The position numbers and the translations under genes are program-made. From positions 3,328,001 to 3,392,000 of the forward strand of contig OZ257156.1 in the NCBI GenBank assembly GCA_965279375.1: a stretch of 64,000 nucleotides of DNA, given 5' to 3'. This document shows, piece by piece, positions 63,448 to 64,000 of this stretch. The first letter of the stretch is position 1. Each line of letters starts with the position of its first letter. Below the pieces are notes generated by a model. The model was not told the origin of the DNA. It saw only the letters and a program-made list of their open reading frames with translations, and did no database searches. This DNA comes from Gemmatimonas sp. (lineage in GTDB: Bacteria; Gemmatimonadota; Gemmatimonadetes; Gemmatimonadales; Gemmatimonadaceae).

Positions 63448-63490
63448 AACGCCCCTCCTGCTTCGACAACTCTGCAGGACGGGCGTTTTT
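63448..63490 (+). terminator. Intrinsic terminator in the MATE leader (attenuator)
   Basis: aacgcccctcctgc / gcaggacgggcgtt stem (one mismatch) ending in a T5 tract, about 25 nt before the MATE ATG. Confidence 0.75.
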
Positions 63491-63513
63491 CATTGTGATC
63501 CGTTGAGGTCTGC

Positions 63514-64000
63514 ATGACGAGTTCGACCGAAAGCGCAACATCGACCAGCGCTGCAGCACCAATGAAAACCTCGTGGTGGCGCGAGCTGCGCGACGCCGCG
63601 CGCGGTGGTAAGCACGACTACACACAGGGACCGATCGGCCGCGCGATTTTTCTGCTCGCCGTGCCAATGGTGCTCGAGATGGTGATGGAAAGTCTCTTCG
63701 CTGTCTCTGACGTGTTCTTCGTTTCTCGTCTGGGGCCGGCCGCCGTTGCCACCGTCGGCCTGACCGAGTCGATGATGATCGTCGTCTACACGCTGGCGAT
63801 GGGACTCGCGATCGCTGCGGCCGCCGTCATCGCGCGACGAATCGGCGAGCAGGAACCTGAACAGGCAGCGGTTGCTGCCGTGCAGGCTATCATCCTCTCG
63901 GTCGTGATTTCGGGCGCGATCGCAGCCGTGGGGGCCACCTTTGCTCCCGAGCTTCTGCGGATGATGGGCGCAGATGACGCGGTCCTGGCCACTGGCGTGC
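63514..64000 (+). CDS. MATE family efflux transporter (5' part, truncated by window end)
   Basis: Manual translation: HDYTQGPIGRAIFLLAVPMVLEMVMESLFAVSDVFFVSRLGPAAVATVGLTES...ARRIGE. Confidence 0.9.
   Translation, partial: MTSSTESATSTSAAAPMKTSWWRELRDAARGGKHDYTQGPIGRAIFLLAVPMVLEMVMESLFAVSDVFFVSRLGPAAVATVGLTESMMIVVYTLAMGLAIAAAAVIARRIGEQEPEQAAVAAVQAIILSVVISGAIAAVGATFAPELLRMMGADDAVLATGV

Overview
High-GC bacterial chromosomal segment; gene style and order suggest Gemmatimonadota (inference). Positions 1-43 kb are mostly core and metabolic genes. They include two tRNA-Ser genes, purH/purN, valS and thrS, a DUF885/oxidoreductase/peptide-ABC operon, thiolase-hbd-acyl-CoA dehydrogenase-Leu dehydrogenase, rpiB-glyA, nnr, thiL-plsC-eno-ftsB and two tRNA-Met genes, plus an ECF sigma/Ser-Thr kinase pair. 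An accessory stretch follows the tRNA-Met pair. It starts with a membrane-anchored TIR protein. Next is a metal/cofactor island: a Fur-family regulator, a cobalamin riboswitch heading DUF1289 and an unknown lipoprotein, two TonB-dependent receptors with related AT-rich operator-like sites, an atypical COG0523 GTPase, a sialidase, MerC and DUF1624. Peptidases come after that, and a MATE gene truncated by the window end is preceded by an apparently unannotated leader-peptide attenuator. The best leads are the B12-riboswitch/metal island, the MATE attenuator, the DUF885 pair with reciprocally altered motifs and a degenerate GGDEF protein coupled to thrS. I saw no integrase, transposase, CRISPR array or rRNA. 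All family calls come from motif recognition by eye, not database searches.
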